The position numbers and the translations under genes were made by a program. DNA of 64,000 nt, from positions 953 through 64,952 of IMG/VR virus record IMGVR_UViG_3300025915_000017. One strand, written 5' to 3'. Source of the stretch: a virus (Duplodnaviria; Caudoviricetes). Position 1 is the stretch's first letter; every line of letters begins with the position of its first letter. The notes below the pieces were generated by a model. That model worked only from the letters and a program-made list of their open reading frames with translations. It was not told the origin of the DNA and did no database searches. Shown here one piece after another: positions 8,912 through 17,705 of the stretch.

Positions 8912-10444
8912 ATGAATACATTTGCACCCACAGTTCAAACGCCGACGCCTCAGTTTGCCTCTCCGCAAGAGTACGCGCAACCTGAGTACGAGATCACGGA
9001 AGAGGATCGCAAGAGACAGAAGCGCATTACGGCAGCCTGGAAAGCGTATGATGGCGAGCTTGACCCGCCGCTGCAGAAGACGCCCGAGGGCCTCGACCCG
9101 AACGTCATGACCAATCAGTGCGGGCCAGTGGTGGATCGTGGCGTAGATTTTCTCTTCGGCCTTGAACTTGAGATTGCGGTTGAGGAGAATGCGCCTGCCG
9201 AAGCGCAGGAGATGCTTGATAAGATTTGGGGGCGCAAAGAGGCACGATTGCCACTGCTGCAAAAGCTCGCCATGAATGGAGCCATGGCAGGGCAGGCATT
9301 TTTACGGATTGTGCCAGGGAATAATGGCTCGTATCGGCTGGTGGCTGTCGATCCATCTATCGTGTTTGTGCAGACGATGCCCCAGGACTGTGAGACGGTT
9401 CTCTTGTACTGCATCGAATACTGCACTGATCAAAGGGTGCATGGGCAGGCCAATCCGCAACGGGTGTATTACCGTGAAGAGATGAAGCGTCTGGACCCGC
9501 ACGACCAATGGCGCGGCAATGACTACGATGATGAGCAGGAGTACGAGAATACGACTCCTGACGGCATTGATAGTGATGTGACGTGGCAGATACAGCACTG
9601 GACACGTGTTGGTGATCGCGGCCCCTGGATACCGGCAGGTGAGCCGATTGTTTGGGCTTATCCGTTTAGCCCGCTCTTTAGCTGTCAGAATTTACCCTAT
9701 CCGAATAAATTTTGGGGCAAGCCTGATATCACGCCCGATGTGATCGGTGTTAATGAGGCGCTCAATTTAGCGCAATCCTGCATGAATGCCGACGTGCTCT
9801 TTAATGGTCGGCCTATCCTCTATGCTACCGGCACAGGCGATCAAATTATTGACATTAAACCCGGTAAAATTATTGGTTTGCCGCTCTCAGAAAGCAAAAT
9901 TGTCGCCGTTCCTATTGGTAGCGACCTTGCCAATACGCTCAAATTGACGGCAGATCTGCGTAGTAGCATCGACGAGCAGACTGGCACACCTGGAGTAGCC
10001 ACTGGACGTATTGCCGATATGCCGAATGGGAACCTGCCGGGGATTACGGTTGAGTTGATGTTTATGGCGCTCCTCAAAAAGACTGATAAGCGAAGAGCGC
10101 TCTATGGGGAATTAATCATTGATGTCAGTAAAGCATTACTTGTTCTTAGTGGAATGAGTGATGATGTTGATATCACTCTTGCCTGGCAGAATCCACTTCC
10201 CAGTAATAGTCTGGAAGCAGCTCAAACGGCTGTCATCCTGCAGCAACTGGGAATCAGCAATACCTCATTGCAACGTGACCTTGGCCGAGATCCAGAAGAG
10301 GAGGCACGACTGAAGCAAACAGAAGATGAGCAAAAGCTGGCATCTGTCAATAAGGACTTTGGGCCCTACCCACCAGAAGCGTTACAGATTCGTATTCCTG
10401 ATACTCGCCCTGTGCTTCCACAACAGCAGGGAGGGCAAAAATAG
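8912..10444 (+). CDS. Portal protein (SPP1 gp6-like)
   Basis: 510 aa directly after terminase; YDGE, VDRGVDFLFG and GISNTSLQRDLG features. Confidence 0.85.
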   Translation: MNTFAPTVQTPTPQFASPQEYAQPEYEITEEDRKRQKRITAAWKAYDGELDPPLQKTPEGLDPNVMTNQCGPVVDRGVDFLFGLELEIAVEENAPAEAQEMLDKIWGRKEARLPLLQKLAMNGAMAGQAFLRIVPGNNGSYRLVAVDPSIVFVQTMPQDCETVLLYCIEYCTDQRVHGQANPQRVYYREEMKRLDPHDQWRGNDYDDEQEYENTTPDGIDSDVTWQIQHWTRVGDRGPWIPAGEPIVWAYPFSPLFSCQNLPYPNKFWGKPDITPDVIGVNEALNLAQSCMNADVLFNGRPILYATGTGDQIIDIKPGKIIGLPLSESKIVAVPIGSDLANTLKLTADLRSSIDEQTGTPGVATGRIADMPNGNLPGITVELMFMALLKKTDKRRALYGELIIDVSKALLVLSGMSDDVDITLAWQNPLPSNSLEAAQTAVILQQLGISNTSLQRDLGRDPEEEARLKQTEDEQKLASVNKDFGPYPPEALQIRIPDTRPVLPQQQGGQK

Positions 10445-10839
10445 TGGATGATGAAATGAGAAGGGAGCCTTTGCATGGCAGAAAAGAAACCAAAGTATGT
10501 GATGACTGGCAAACTCAAGAGCGGAGCGACGGCACCATCAGGCGGGGTCGTGAAGACGAAAAACGGCAAGCCAGTCAAGCAGACGAGGTAAATGTATCAC
10601 TGACAAATTACCTTGCCCTGATGCCTGATCACCCCCTTGCAAGGGGAATTAAACAGTGGATCACATCGCTAGACAAAATGTTTGCTGATGTATCCTGGTG
10701 GGAAATACGTGCAGGGCAACTGGCACCACATACATGGAAAGCATGTATCTCTGTGCAGTTTGCTGGGAATCCAACCAGATATAAAGATGTTTTTGTCTAC
10801 ACTGATATTGAATATCTGAAAGGAATAGATCATGGCTGA
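10444..10839 (+). CDS. Hypothetical protein (start uncertain; could be 10621)
   Basis: GTG start with GGAGG upstream; N-terminal part overlaps an alternative-frame basic peptide. Confidence 0.45.
   Translation: MDDEMRREPLHGRKETKVCDDWQTQERSDGTIRRGREDEKRQASQADEVNVSLTNYLALMPDHPLARGIKQWITSLDKMFADVSWWEIRAGQLAPHTWKACISVQFAGNPTRYKDVFVYTDIEYLKGIDHG
10475..10591 (+). CDS. 38-aa Lys-rich peptide MAEKKPKYVMTGKLK...KQTR (not in ORF track)
   Basis: RBS gaagggag 7 nt before the ATG; 9 K, 1 R, 1 acidic residue. Confidence 0.5.
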   Translation: MAEKKPKYVMTGKLKSGATAPSGGVVKTKNGKPVKQTR

Positions 10840-11011
10840 TACCAAGAAAACCGGGAAATTTCATGGCAAGTCGAACAAGTTGGGACACGGGGGCCGCGCT
10901 GCGCAGCTCAAAGCTCAGGGAGTGCCTGGGGGTGTCATTGGTGAGATTGCCAGGAAAAAGCATGCTGCCCCTGGCATGAAAAACTATCATGGTGGCAAAA
11001 AAGGGAAATAG
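10832..11011 (+). CDS. 59-aa Lys/Gly/His-rich peptide MADTKKTGKFHGK...GGKKGK (not in ORF track)
   Basis: RBS aaggaa, fills the gap to the next gene; 12 K, 2 R, 4 H, 2 acidic residues. Confidence 0.65.
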   Translation: MADTKKTGKFHGKSNKLGHGGRAAQLKAQGVPGGVIGEIARKKHAAPGMKNYHGGKKGK

Positions 11012-11012
11012 C

Positions 11013-11291
11013 ATGCCAAAGAATGATCTCAAGTCAAGATCCTCCCTTGAGAAGCCCGTGCCGAAGCCCGTGCATCATAAGCGGCGCACCGAGGACGAGT
11101 TGCGCAAGGCGTTGCGTGATTATGCCGAGGGCAAGCCGTTACTACGCGATGATGAACGCGAAGTGACGTTGGAAGATGGCATCACGGAACTGATTGAGTT
11201 ACGCCGTATTCTGCTCAATGTTCAGCAAGGATTGGGCGGTATGCAAAATCGAATGGTATCAGACATTCAAAAAATCTTGAGTCCAAACTAA
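11013..11291 (+). CDS. Hypothetical head-region protein
   Basis: ATG 1 nt after the previous stop. Confidence 0.6.
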   Translation: MPKNDLKSRSSLEKPVPKPVHHKRRTEDELRKALRDYAEGKPLLRDDEREVTLEDGITELIELRRILLNVQQGLGGMQNRMVSDIQKILSPN

Positions 11292-11327
11292 GCAATATTG
11301 ACAAATAGAGAAAGATATCTTACAGTT

Positions 11328-12005
11328 ATGGAAAATACTCCTTCCTCATCTGATGGAAGCGTGACGCCAACACCAGATACGCCCGTGACGGGCACCCCTG
11401 TTTCACAGAGCGTGACGCCTGAGAAGCCAACCACCACTGCAGCGTCTGAGGAGACAGCAGCGCGGATTGCTGAACTTGAGCGCGCATTGAAGAATGCAAC
11501 CGAGGAACGTGACCGGCACCGTAAAAAGCTTTCTGGCTATGAAGATGCAGAACGTAAGGCGCAAGAGGCGCAACTTTCCGAAATAGAAAAGGCGTCCAAA
11601 CGTGCTGCTGAATTTGAAGCCCGATCAGAGCAGTATCGGCAACAACTGGTTACTACCCAGATTAAGCTTGCGGCACAGTCCCAAGGCGTTATCGACCCGG
11701 ATTTAGCGTCATTGGCCATACAAGCTAGCCTGAAATATGGTGATGATGGGATGCCGACAAATATTGATGAAGCGCTTAAAGCATTGATTGAACAAAAGCC
11801 GTTCCTACTCGCGCCCAGACCTGCAGAACCTGCACAGCCTGCCGAACAGCCGCCTGCAAGGGTTGGTGCGCCTGCGGTTCCAGCGATGAATCCAGGGCGT
11901 AGCACGATTGCGGCGCCGGGTAGTACTCAGTCGGGTCGTATTCCGCGCCTGTCTGATCCTGGGGTATTGGTGCCACCGGGCACCGTCTCTCGGTATCAAC
12001 CGTAA
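11328..12005 (+). CDS. Capsid scaffolding protein
   Basis: Pro/Thr-rich N-terminus, central coiled coil, Pro-rich C-terminus, directly upstream of the major capsid gene. Confidence 0.75.
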   Translation: MENTPSSSDGSVTPTPDTPVTGTPVSQSVTPEKPTTTAASEETAARIAELERALKNATEERDRHRKKLSGYEDAERKAQEAQLSEIEKASKRAAEFEARSEQYRQQLVTTQIKLAAQSQGVIDPDLASLAIQASLKYGDDGMPTNIDEALKALIEQKPFLLAPRPAEPAQPAEQPPARVGAPAVPAMNPGRSTIAAPGSTQSGRIPRLSDPGVLVPPGTVSRYQP

Positions 12006-12030
12006 CATACATTTACTACTAAATCTTTTG

Positions 12031-12083
12031 TATCTCCTGGTCAGCACCTGGCACGATCAGATGTTGACCGGGGATAATGGGAG
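12031..12083 (+). promoter_or_regulatory. Structured leader with CCTGGCAnGATCAGA loop (copy 1)
   Basis: Stem cctggtcagca/tgttgaccggg around loop 12047-12061, followed by ATGGGAG RBS. Confidence 0.6.
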
Positions 12084-12092
12084 ACAACATAC

Positions 12093-13109
12093 ATGGCTAT
12101 TGCGTCGGGAACCGTCACGCTTGCCGATTACGCATTAATGAGCAACTCGCCATTAGTGCGGGCCGTGACTTATTCCCTCATCCTCTACTCAAACGTCATT
12201 CAGGACGTGCCGCTTTCCACCAAGAAAAGCTTGATTGTCAACGGCGCACGTTTTGAGGGCAACCTTCCTTCTGTCAACTGGAGCCAGCTCAACGCTGAAG
12301 GCGTCACCACACGTGGCACACCCACGGCTTACCAGGAACAAGCCTACATTATTCGCAACTACATTGATGTGGATAAGTTCCTGGTTGAAGAGGAAAACGC
12401 GATTGTGGACCCACGTGCGGTGCAGTCTGAGGCCTATCTGAAAGCACTCACCTACGATGTCAATTATAAGTTCTTCAAGAACGATCATGTCACTGGTGAT
12501 GTCAATGCCCCAGTAGGTATCCGCTATCGCATCGACAACGGCGGCACCTTTGGCGTGCGTCCAGAAAACAAAATCAACGGCGGTGGTTTGGACCTGTCTC
12601 AAGCAACGCTTGGCACCACGGCAGTTAATGGTAACAAATTGATTGAGTACTTGGACCAACTGCTCTGGTCAGTGGATAGCCCTGAAGGACAGGGTGTGAC
12701 GCTCTACATGAACGAAGTGATGAAGCGCAGGTTCACTTTTGCCCTGCGTAACCTGGGAACCGCAGGCGGTTTCGAGATTACACAAGATATGTTCAACCGT
12801 ACCGTTACGATGTATAAGGGTGCAGTTATCCGCGATCCTGGTTACAAGAGTGATCAGTCCACCCGTATCATCACGACCACCGAAACATCTGATGGCAGCG
12901 CTGACACAAGCTCGACATATACCAGCATCTACGCGGTGAACTACTCCACCGACCACTTCTCTGGCTGGCAGTTTGAACCCCCAAATGTTCAGGATTTGGG
13001 CTTGATCTACAACGGCGCGATATACCGCACTTTAATCGACTGGGCAGTGGGATTTAATAACGCTTCTACCCGTTCTATCGGTCGTCTGTACGGCTTGAAG
13101 CTCAGCTAG
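12093..13109 (+). CDS. Major capsid protein (HK97 fold)
   Basis: 338 aa after scaffold; N-terminal TLADYA, LPSVNWSQLNAEG, IDVDKFL and LDQLL pattern of HK97-fold capsids. Confidence 0.85.
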   Translation: MAIASGTVTLADYALMSNSPLVRAVTYSLILYSNVIQDVPLSTKKSLIVNGARFEGNLPSVNWSQLNAEGVTTRGTPTAYQEQAYIIRNYIDVDKFLVEEENAIVDPRAVQSEAYLKALTYDVNYKFFKNDHVTGDVNAPVGIRYRIDNGGTFGVRPENKINGGGLDLSQATLGTTAVNGNKLIEYLDQLLWSVDSPEGQGVTLYMNEVMKRRFTFALRNLGTAGGFEITQDMFNRTVTMYKGAVIRDPGYKSDQSTRIITTTETSDGSADTSSTYTSIYAVNYSTDHFSGWQFEPPNVQDLGLIYNGAIYRTLIDWAVGFNNASTRSIGRLYGLKLS

Positions 13110-13118
13110 AGGTACGCG

Positions 13119-13280
13119 ATGTCCATAGAATTACAAGAATTGCTTGTGCAGGCGAAGGCAGTTGCAATGAAAGATGCCGAGGTGGGACGGGTGCTCGTGG
13201 CCATCGTGAACCATCTTGCAAAGCTTGAGCATCCACCTGTGCAGGCAAAATCCTCAAAAGGGGGAAATAATGGCGACTGA
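13119..13280 (+). CDS. 53-aa hypothetical protein (not in ORF track)
   Basis: RBS gaggt; fills the gap after the capsid gene. Confidence 0.55.
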   Translation: MSIELQELLVQAKAVAMKDAEVGRVLVAIVNHLAKLEHPPVQAKSSKGGNNGD

Positions 13281-13665
13281 TGCCCTGCTAGCTTTACAGG
13301 CTAGCGTTACTAAAACGGCCACCTTTAATGGCGCCGCTCTCACCCTGGCTGGTGGTACACCCCGTCGTGGATTAGTGGCTCGCGTCATCTATAGCGCGGC
13401 AACAGCGGCCTCTGGCACTGATACCATCACATTTTCCATCGATGTGTCATATGACGCAGGCTCCACCTGGAATAGTGATTTTCTTGCGCCTGCTGTTGGC
13501 CCACTGACAACGACTGCGCTGTCGGGTGAGATCTTCATCCCATTCTCAATTTCGCCAACGAGTGTGGCGAATGGAACGCAGATTCGTCTCACTGCTACTT
13601 TCAGCAGTTCAGCCCACACGGATACCATCACTTATGCCGGGGATATTATGCTTGGGCGTCCATAA
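13270..13665 (+). CDS. Virion structural protein (possible capsid decoration)
   Basis: Beta-rich, T/A/S-rich, position after the capsid gene; RBS aaggggga. Confidence 0.6.
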   Translation: MATDALLALQASVTKTATFNGAALTLAGGTPRRGLVARVIYSAATAASGTDTITFSIDVSYDAGSTWNSDFLAPAVGPLTTTALSGEIFIPFSISPTSVANGTQIRLTATFSSSAHTDTITYAGDIMLGRP

Positions 13666-13687
13666 TCATTGAAAGGAGGCGTACACG

Positions 13688-14296
13688 ATGCCACGCTCAA
13701 CTATGGCGGCGCTTATTGCTCGCGTGCGCCTCCTTATCAATGACTCTGCGGGCGCTTCGCAAGTCTGGACTGATGACAACATCCAGGATGTGCTAGACGC
13801 CAGTCGTGCTGATGTCAAAAACGAGGCGATGATTCCAAGACCAACGTTTAGCGGTTCGACAATCCAGTTTCTGGACTACTACACGAAGCTTGGGGACTGG
13901 GAAGATGATTTAGTCATCAAACAATACTTGATCACTCAAGTTACGCCCACGACATCAGAGCCGATTGCAGGGCACTGGGCATTCAGCACGACAACTTTAC
14001 CGCCTTTGTTCATCTCGGGCAAAACTTATGATATCTACCGGAGTGCAGCGGACCTGCTTGAACGCCAAGCGGCGATGTGGGTGCTACGGTATAACGTCAA
14101 TGTGGATGGGCAGAGCTTGCAACGTGGACAGGTGACAACGGCACTTCAAGCGCTGGCCAGGACCTATCGGATGAAACAACGGGCAGGGGCTATTCATGTC
14201 GTGCGAACTGATATCAGGCAACCTGGACAGTTAGCTGGTGCTGGATTGGGGCCACTGGAGATAGATTATATGGCTGATGGGAACAAGGGAGGCTGA
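13688..14296 (+). CDS. Head-tail adaptor
   Basis: LIARVRLLIND...WTDDNIQDVLD and DIYRSAADLLE motifs; synteny. Confidence 0.7.
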   Translation: MPRSTMAALIARVRLLINDSAGASQVWTDDNIQDVLDASRADVKNEAMIPRPTFSGSTIQFLDYYTKLGDWEDDLVIKQYLITQVTPTTSEPIAGHWAFSTTTLPPLFISGKTYDIYRSAADLLERQAAMWVLRYNVNVDGQSLQRGQVTTALQALARTYRMKQRAGAIHVVRTDIRQPGQLAGAGLGPLEIDYMADGNKGG

Positions 14297-14299
14297 TAG

Positions 14300-14677
14300 A
14301 TGCTCGATGCTGCTGAACTGGCGCAAATCCGATCAGACGCCGCCGCTGCTGCGCTGGACTTATCCTGCACTATCCAGCGGAAGACACTCACCAGATCTGG
14401 TGATGGCCAGGCCACGTCTGTCTGGAACACGGTTGCAACCGTCAACGCTGGTATGACAGAGCCGACGGGCGGCATGCTGCAAAACTATAACTATCTCATC
14501 GAGGATCTGGCAGCCTGGGCCATAAAATTGCCCTACAATACTGACGTTCAGGCTCAGGATCGACTGCTTATCACTGGACAACTTGGCCAGCAAACCCTGG
14601 TGGCACAGGTGGTGCTCGAACCACGTTCGTACGCGGCACTCTTAACTGTGATCGCGGCGGAGGCCAAACAGAAATGA
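14300..14677 (+). CDS. Head closure protein (SPP1 gp16-like)
   Basis: Size, CTIQRK...GDGQ, LPYNTDVQAQDRL; synteny. Confidence 0.7.
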   Translation: MLDAAELAQIRSDAAAAALDLSCTIQRKTLTRSGDGQATSVWNTVATVNAGMTEPTGGMLQNYNYLIEDLAAWAIKLPYNTDVQAQDRLLITGQLGQQTLVAQVVLEPRSYAALLTVIAAEAKQK

Positions 14678-15114
14678 CGGAAATGACGATGGTGTTGGAA
14701 TGGATGTATAGCACGCTTGCAAATGACCCTACCTTGCAAGGCTATGCACCTGGTGGTGTCTGGCGATCTGAGGTGCCGGTTGGGGTTGATAACGACCCAA
14801 CGCCAACGCCATTTGTCATGATTACGTATCAGCCTCGGCAGAGCCGGGATGAAATTGTCTTTGGTGGCGCACGTGCCTACTCGGAGTTGTACTTTGAGGT
14901 GGTCATTGTCGGACACGTTGACGATTGGCAAACGCTGTCCAATGGTGCAACTCGCATTGATCAACTGCTTACCATTGGACGACAAACACCCATCACAGGC
15001 GGCACGATCTCTGCTGGATATCGCGTGCAGCCGATTGAAGAGGACCCGCTCATCGCAGGCGAGATCCAGACGAACACTGGCGGACTCTACAAGTTTATGG
15101 CGAAAGCAGCGTAA
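14674..15114 (+). CDS. Tail terminator / completion protein (DUF3168-like)
   Basis: LANDPTLQ..., PTPFVMI; synteny. Confidence 0.65.
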   Translation: MTEMTMVLEWMYSTLANDPTLQGYAPGGVWRSEVPVGVDNDPTPTPFVMITYQPRQSRDEIVFGGARAYSELYFEVVIVGHVDDWQTLSNGATRIDQLLTIGRQTPITGGTISAGYRVQPIEEDPLIAGEIQTNTGGLYKFMAKAA

Positions 15115-15117
15115 ATC

Positions 15118-15300
15118 ATGACAGAAGAACTGGCAAAGAAGCTCAAAAGCCTGGGTTATCCCGATTTCGAGATGATGCCTGGTGAGGATGCTATTGAAAT
15201 GCTCTACATCCAGGGCAAGCTCATTTGTGGTGTGAATCATGCACTTTCTCTGTCTGATGAGGACCTGAAAGCGCTCATTGACGAGACAGTGGGAGAGTAG
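15118..15300 (+). CDS. Hypothetical protein
   Basis: 60-aa ORF tightly packed in the operon. Confidence 0.55.
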   Translation: MTEELAKKLKSLGYPDFEMMPGEDAIEMLYIQGKLICGVNHALSLSDEDLKALIDETVGE

Positions 15301-15302
15301 CC

Positions 15303-15713
15303 ATGGCTTACACCGTCAGAATTGAGTGGGAAGGGCTTGATAATGCCATCTCCCACTTTGAGAACGTTGGATACTCTGTGTTGGACAAGGTTGAGCAACA
15401 GGGTGTGCAGTTAGCCAGGGATGGTCAAAGTGTCTGGAGGAGTTCAACGCCTGTAAGAACTGGCCGATTGATGGGCGGTGATAGAGGTGTTCCTAGTGGG
15501 TTGGAAATAGAGTTTATCAATAATGTAAAATATTACCCTTTTGTCGATTTGGGGCATCGAACACCATCATACTTCAGGCGTCACGGGCGTATTATCCCAG
15601 CAAAACGCCGATCATTTGTCTCTGGAAAGCAGATCACCGAAAAACTAATCGAGTTCCTTGAGGGAGCCGTTAACGAATATCTCAGAAAAGCTCTGGACGA
15701 GTTTACAGATTAG
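15303..15713 (+). CDS. HK97 gp10-like neck protein
   Basis: TPVRTGRL and YYPFVDLGH motifs. Confidence 0.75.
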   Translation: MAYTVRIEWEGLDNAISHFENVGYSVLDKVEQQGVQLARDGQSVWRSSTPVRTGRLMGGDRGVPSGLEIEFINNVKYYPFVDLGHRTPSYFRRHGRIIPAKRRSFVSGKQITEKLIEFLEGAVNEYLRKALDEFTD

Positions 15714-15755
15714 TAGATTAGGGAATTAGTACATTACTTGTTTGTTCATCTTATA

Positions 15756-15811
15756 CCTCGTGCTCAGTGCCTGGCAAGATCAGACATTGCATTGTGCAGG
15801 GGGTGATGGGA
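15756..15811 (+). promoter_or_regulatory. Structured leader with CCTGGCAnGATCAGA loop (copy 2)
   Basis: Loop 15770-15784 closed by cagtg/cattg, followed by GGGGGTGATGGGAG. Confidence 0.6.
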
Positions 15812-15818
15812 GTAGAAA

Positions 15819-16202
15819 ATGGCAGCTTTAGCAGGAATCGGCGCCTCATGCACCGAAGCTTCTACCGCCTTCACTGATGCGAGCAAATGGACGCTCTCAC
15901 TGAAGGGCGCTGTGAAGGATGTCACCCCTTTTGGTGCGAGCGGAAACTGGACAGTGAATCTGGCCACGCTCAAGAGTTGGAGCGGGAAGATAACCGCCTT
16001 CGTGGATACGTCGGATGCGGCACAAACCAACCTCTTCGCACTCATTGGTAGCACTGTATCGATGACATTTACCATCAGCAGCACACCTCATGCCTTCACT
16101 GGCTCGGCTATTCTCACCGGCATTGACCCGTCAGTTGACGTACAAAATGCACAAACGGTAGATTTTAGCTTTACAGGCACAGGGGCCATTACGTATAGCT
16201 AG
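15819..16202 (+). CDS. Tail tube protein
   Basis: 127 aa beta-rich; WTLSL...DVTPFGASGNW...LKSWSG and FSFTGTG tail-tube pattern. Confidence 0.8.
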   Translation: MAALAGIGASCTEASTAFTDASKWTLSLKGAVKDVTPFGASGNWTVNLATLKSWSGKITAFVDTSDAAQTNLFALIGSTVSMTFTISSTPHAFTGSAILTGIDPSVDVQNAQTVDFSFTGTGAITYS

Positions 16203-16214
16203 CGGAGGCAAACC

Positions 16215-16919
16215 ATGTCAGCTCTCGCAGGTATCAGTGGTGATGTATGGCTTTCCACGTCACCATCAACCGCTCTTGGGTCGCCGGAGTCCTGCACCGA
16301 TTCAGGCGACCATATCCACTACTTTACGAATACCCACCAATCGTGGGACCAGGTGCAAACGTTTACCGTGCAATGCAGCCCAAATGGCTCTACTGGCTGG
16401 GCCACCGTGACCGATTACGTCATGAACTGGCCTGTGGGCGAAATTGTCTTTAATTCGGCCCGTGTTCCTGGCACGAATAACTTTGTCAGGATTAATGCAG
16501 GCAGCTACTTCACGATGACTGCTCTCGATGGGGCGCACTCATGGAAAGCACAGGCAAAGGCGGCGACCAAGGATTGCACCACGTTCCAGGCATCAGGCGG
16601 CTGGGCGACATACACCGCGACCATCAAGTCATGGACCTTCACGGTGGAGTGCTTCCGCGACGATGCCAGGATCTTGAACGAGATGATTTCCCCAGGGGCC
16701 GTGGGTAACATCAACATTTCAAACGGGATTGTGCTTTGCCAGCTTTGGTGGGATGAGTCGAACGGCAAGCGCTTTCAGTTCTACGCGCTGCCCACTGGCG
16801 TCACGCAGACAGATGACGCTCATGACGTGGAAAAACAAAGCGTGACGTTCAGCGCAACCGGCCCGGTGTATGAGGTGACAAGCAATACATTCAGCACAAC
16901 CACAGTGGTAAGAATGTAG
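16215..16919 (+). CDS. Second tail-tube paralog with about 100-aa insertion
   Basis: MSALAGISG start and KDCTTFQASGGWATYTATIKSWT match the previous gene. Confidence 0.7.
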   Translation: MSALAGISGDVWLSTSPSTALGSPESCTDSGDHIHYFTNTHQSWDQVQTFTVQCSPNGSTGWATVTDYVMNWPVGEIVFNSARVPGTNNFVRINAGSYFTMTALDGAHSWKAQAKAATKDCTTFQASGGWATYTATIKSWTFTVECFRDDARILNEMISPGAVGNINISNGIVLCQLWWDESNGKRFQFYALPTGVTQTDDAHDVEKQSVTFSATGPVYEVTSNTFSTTTVVRM

Positions 16920-16929
16920 AAAGTGAACT

Positions 16930-17376
16930 ATGACGGATACAGCAGAGTTGGATACAAAGACAGAAGAGGCACCATCTCCAAACGGACACACTGAGGAAGA
17001 GTGGCTTGAATTTAGTGATGATATGGCCTTTATCCGCCACATCACAGAGCAGAAGCCAGCCGAGGAGATTGTGCCCGTTCCTGAGTGGAAGATGAAGGTC
17101 CTCTGCCGAGCGCTTAGTGCGGAGGATCGTGTTGCCGTGAACATGGCAGGATATGACGCCGAGACAAAGACGACAGATCTTCGCAAAGCACTTTTTGAGG
17201 TGGTTTTGCATGGATGTTTCAATCCAGCCAATGGACACCGGGCGTTCAGAGAATCTCACCGCGCTATGCTCACGAAAAAGCCTGAACACGGCGCAGCGGT
17301 TGAACGGCTGTTCATGGTCATCCTGCGCTTGTCCAAGATGCTGCCAGGGGTCACGGAGCAAGCAAGAAAAAACTAG
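16930..17376 (+). CDS. Tail assembly chaperone (gpG-like)
   Basis: VPVPEW..KVLCRALSAEDR motif; position before tape measure; ends in the slippery A AAA AAC. Confidence 0.75.
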   Translation: MTDTAELDTKTEEAPSPNGHTEEEWLEFSDDMAFIRHITEQKPAEEIVPVPEWKMKVLCRALSAEDRVAVNMAGYDAETKTTDLRKALFEVVLHGCFNPANGHRAFRESHRAMLTKKPEHGAAVERLFMVILRLSKMLPGVTEQARKN

Positions 17377-17675
17377 CAGTCCCTGCCGTCTATGACGCTT
17401 ACAAAGCCATGGACCGGCTGGGATATCAGCGTATCGGGGACTTCCTGAAAGATTATCAGGACGGCGAGGAACTAGCACATGTGATTGCTTACCTGTACCG
17501 AGATGATGAGATGCAAACCAACCGGCTTATCTATGCCATCCAAAGAGCATTCAATGGTGATGGCAAAACAAAGAAGCCAATTGAGGACGATGAAGAGTTG
17601 ATTGACACGACTGCGCCGGGATTTGCGGAGAAGTTCAAAGGTTTTACTGGTGTACCAGGGCAGCGCCCACGATAA
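17367..17675 (+). CDS. -1 frameshift extension of the chaperone (gpT-like)
   Basis: Heptamer AAAAAAC at 17367-17373; the -1 frame is open through the ATG at 17409 to the stop at 17675. Confidence 0.7.
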   Translation, partial: KKLAVPAVYDAYKAMDRLGYQRIGDFLKDYQDGEELAHVIAYLYRDDEMQTNRLIYAIQRAFNGDGKTKKPIEDDEELIDTTAPGFAEKFKGFTGVPGQRPR

Positions 17676-17705
17676 TACCACCCTTACGCGGGTGTCAGAA
17701 AGGAG

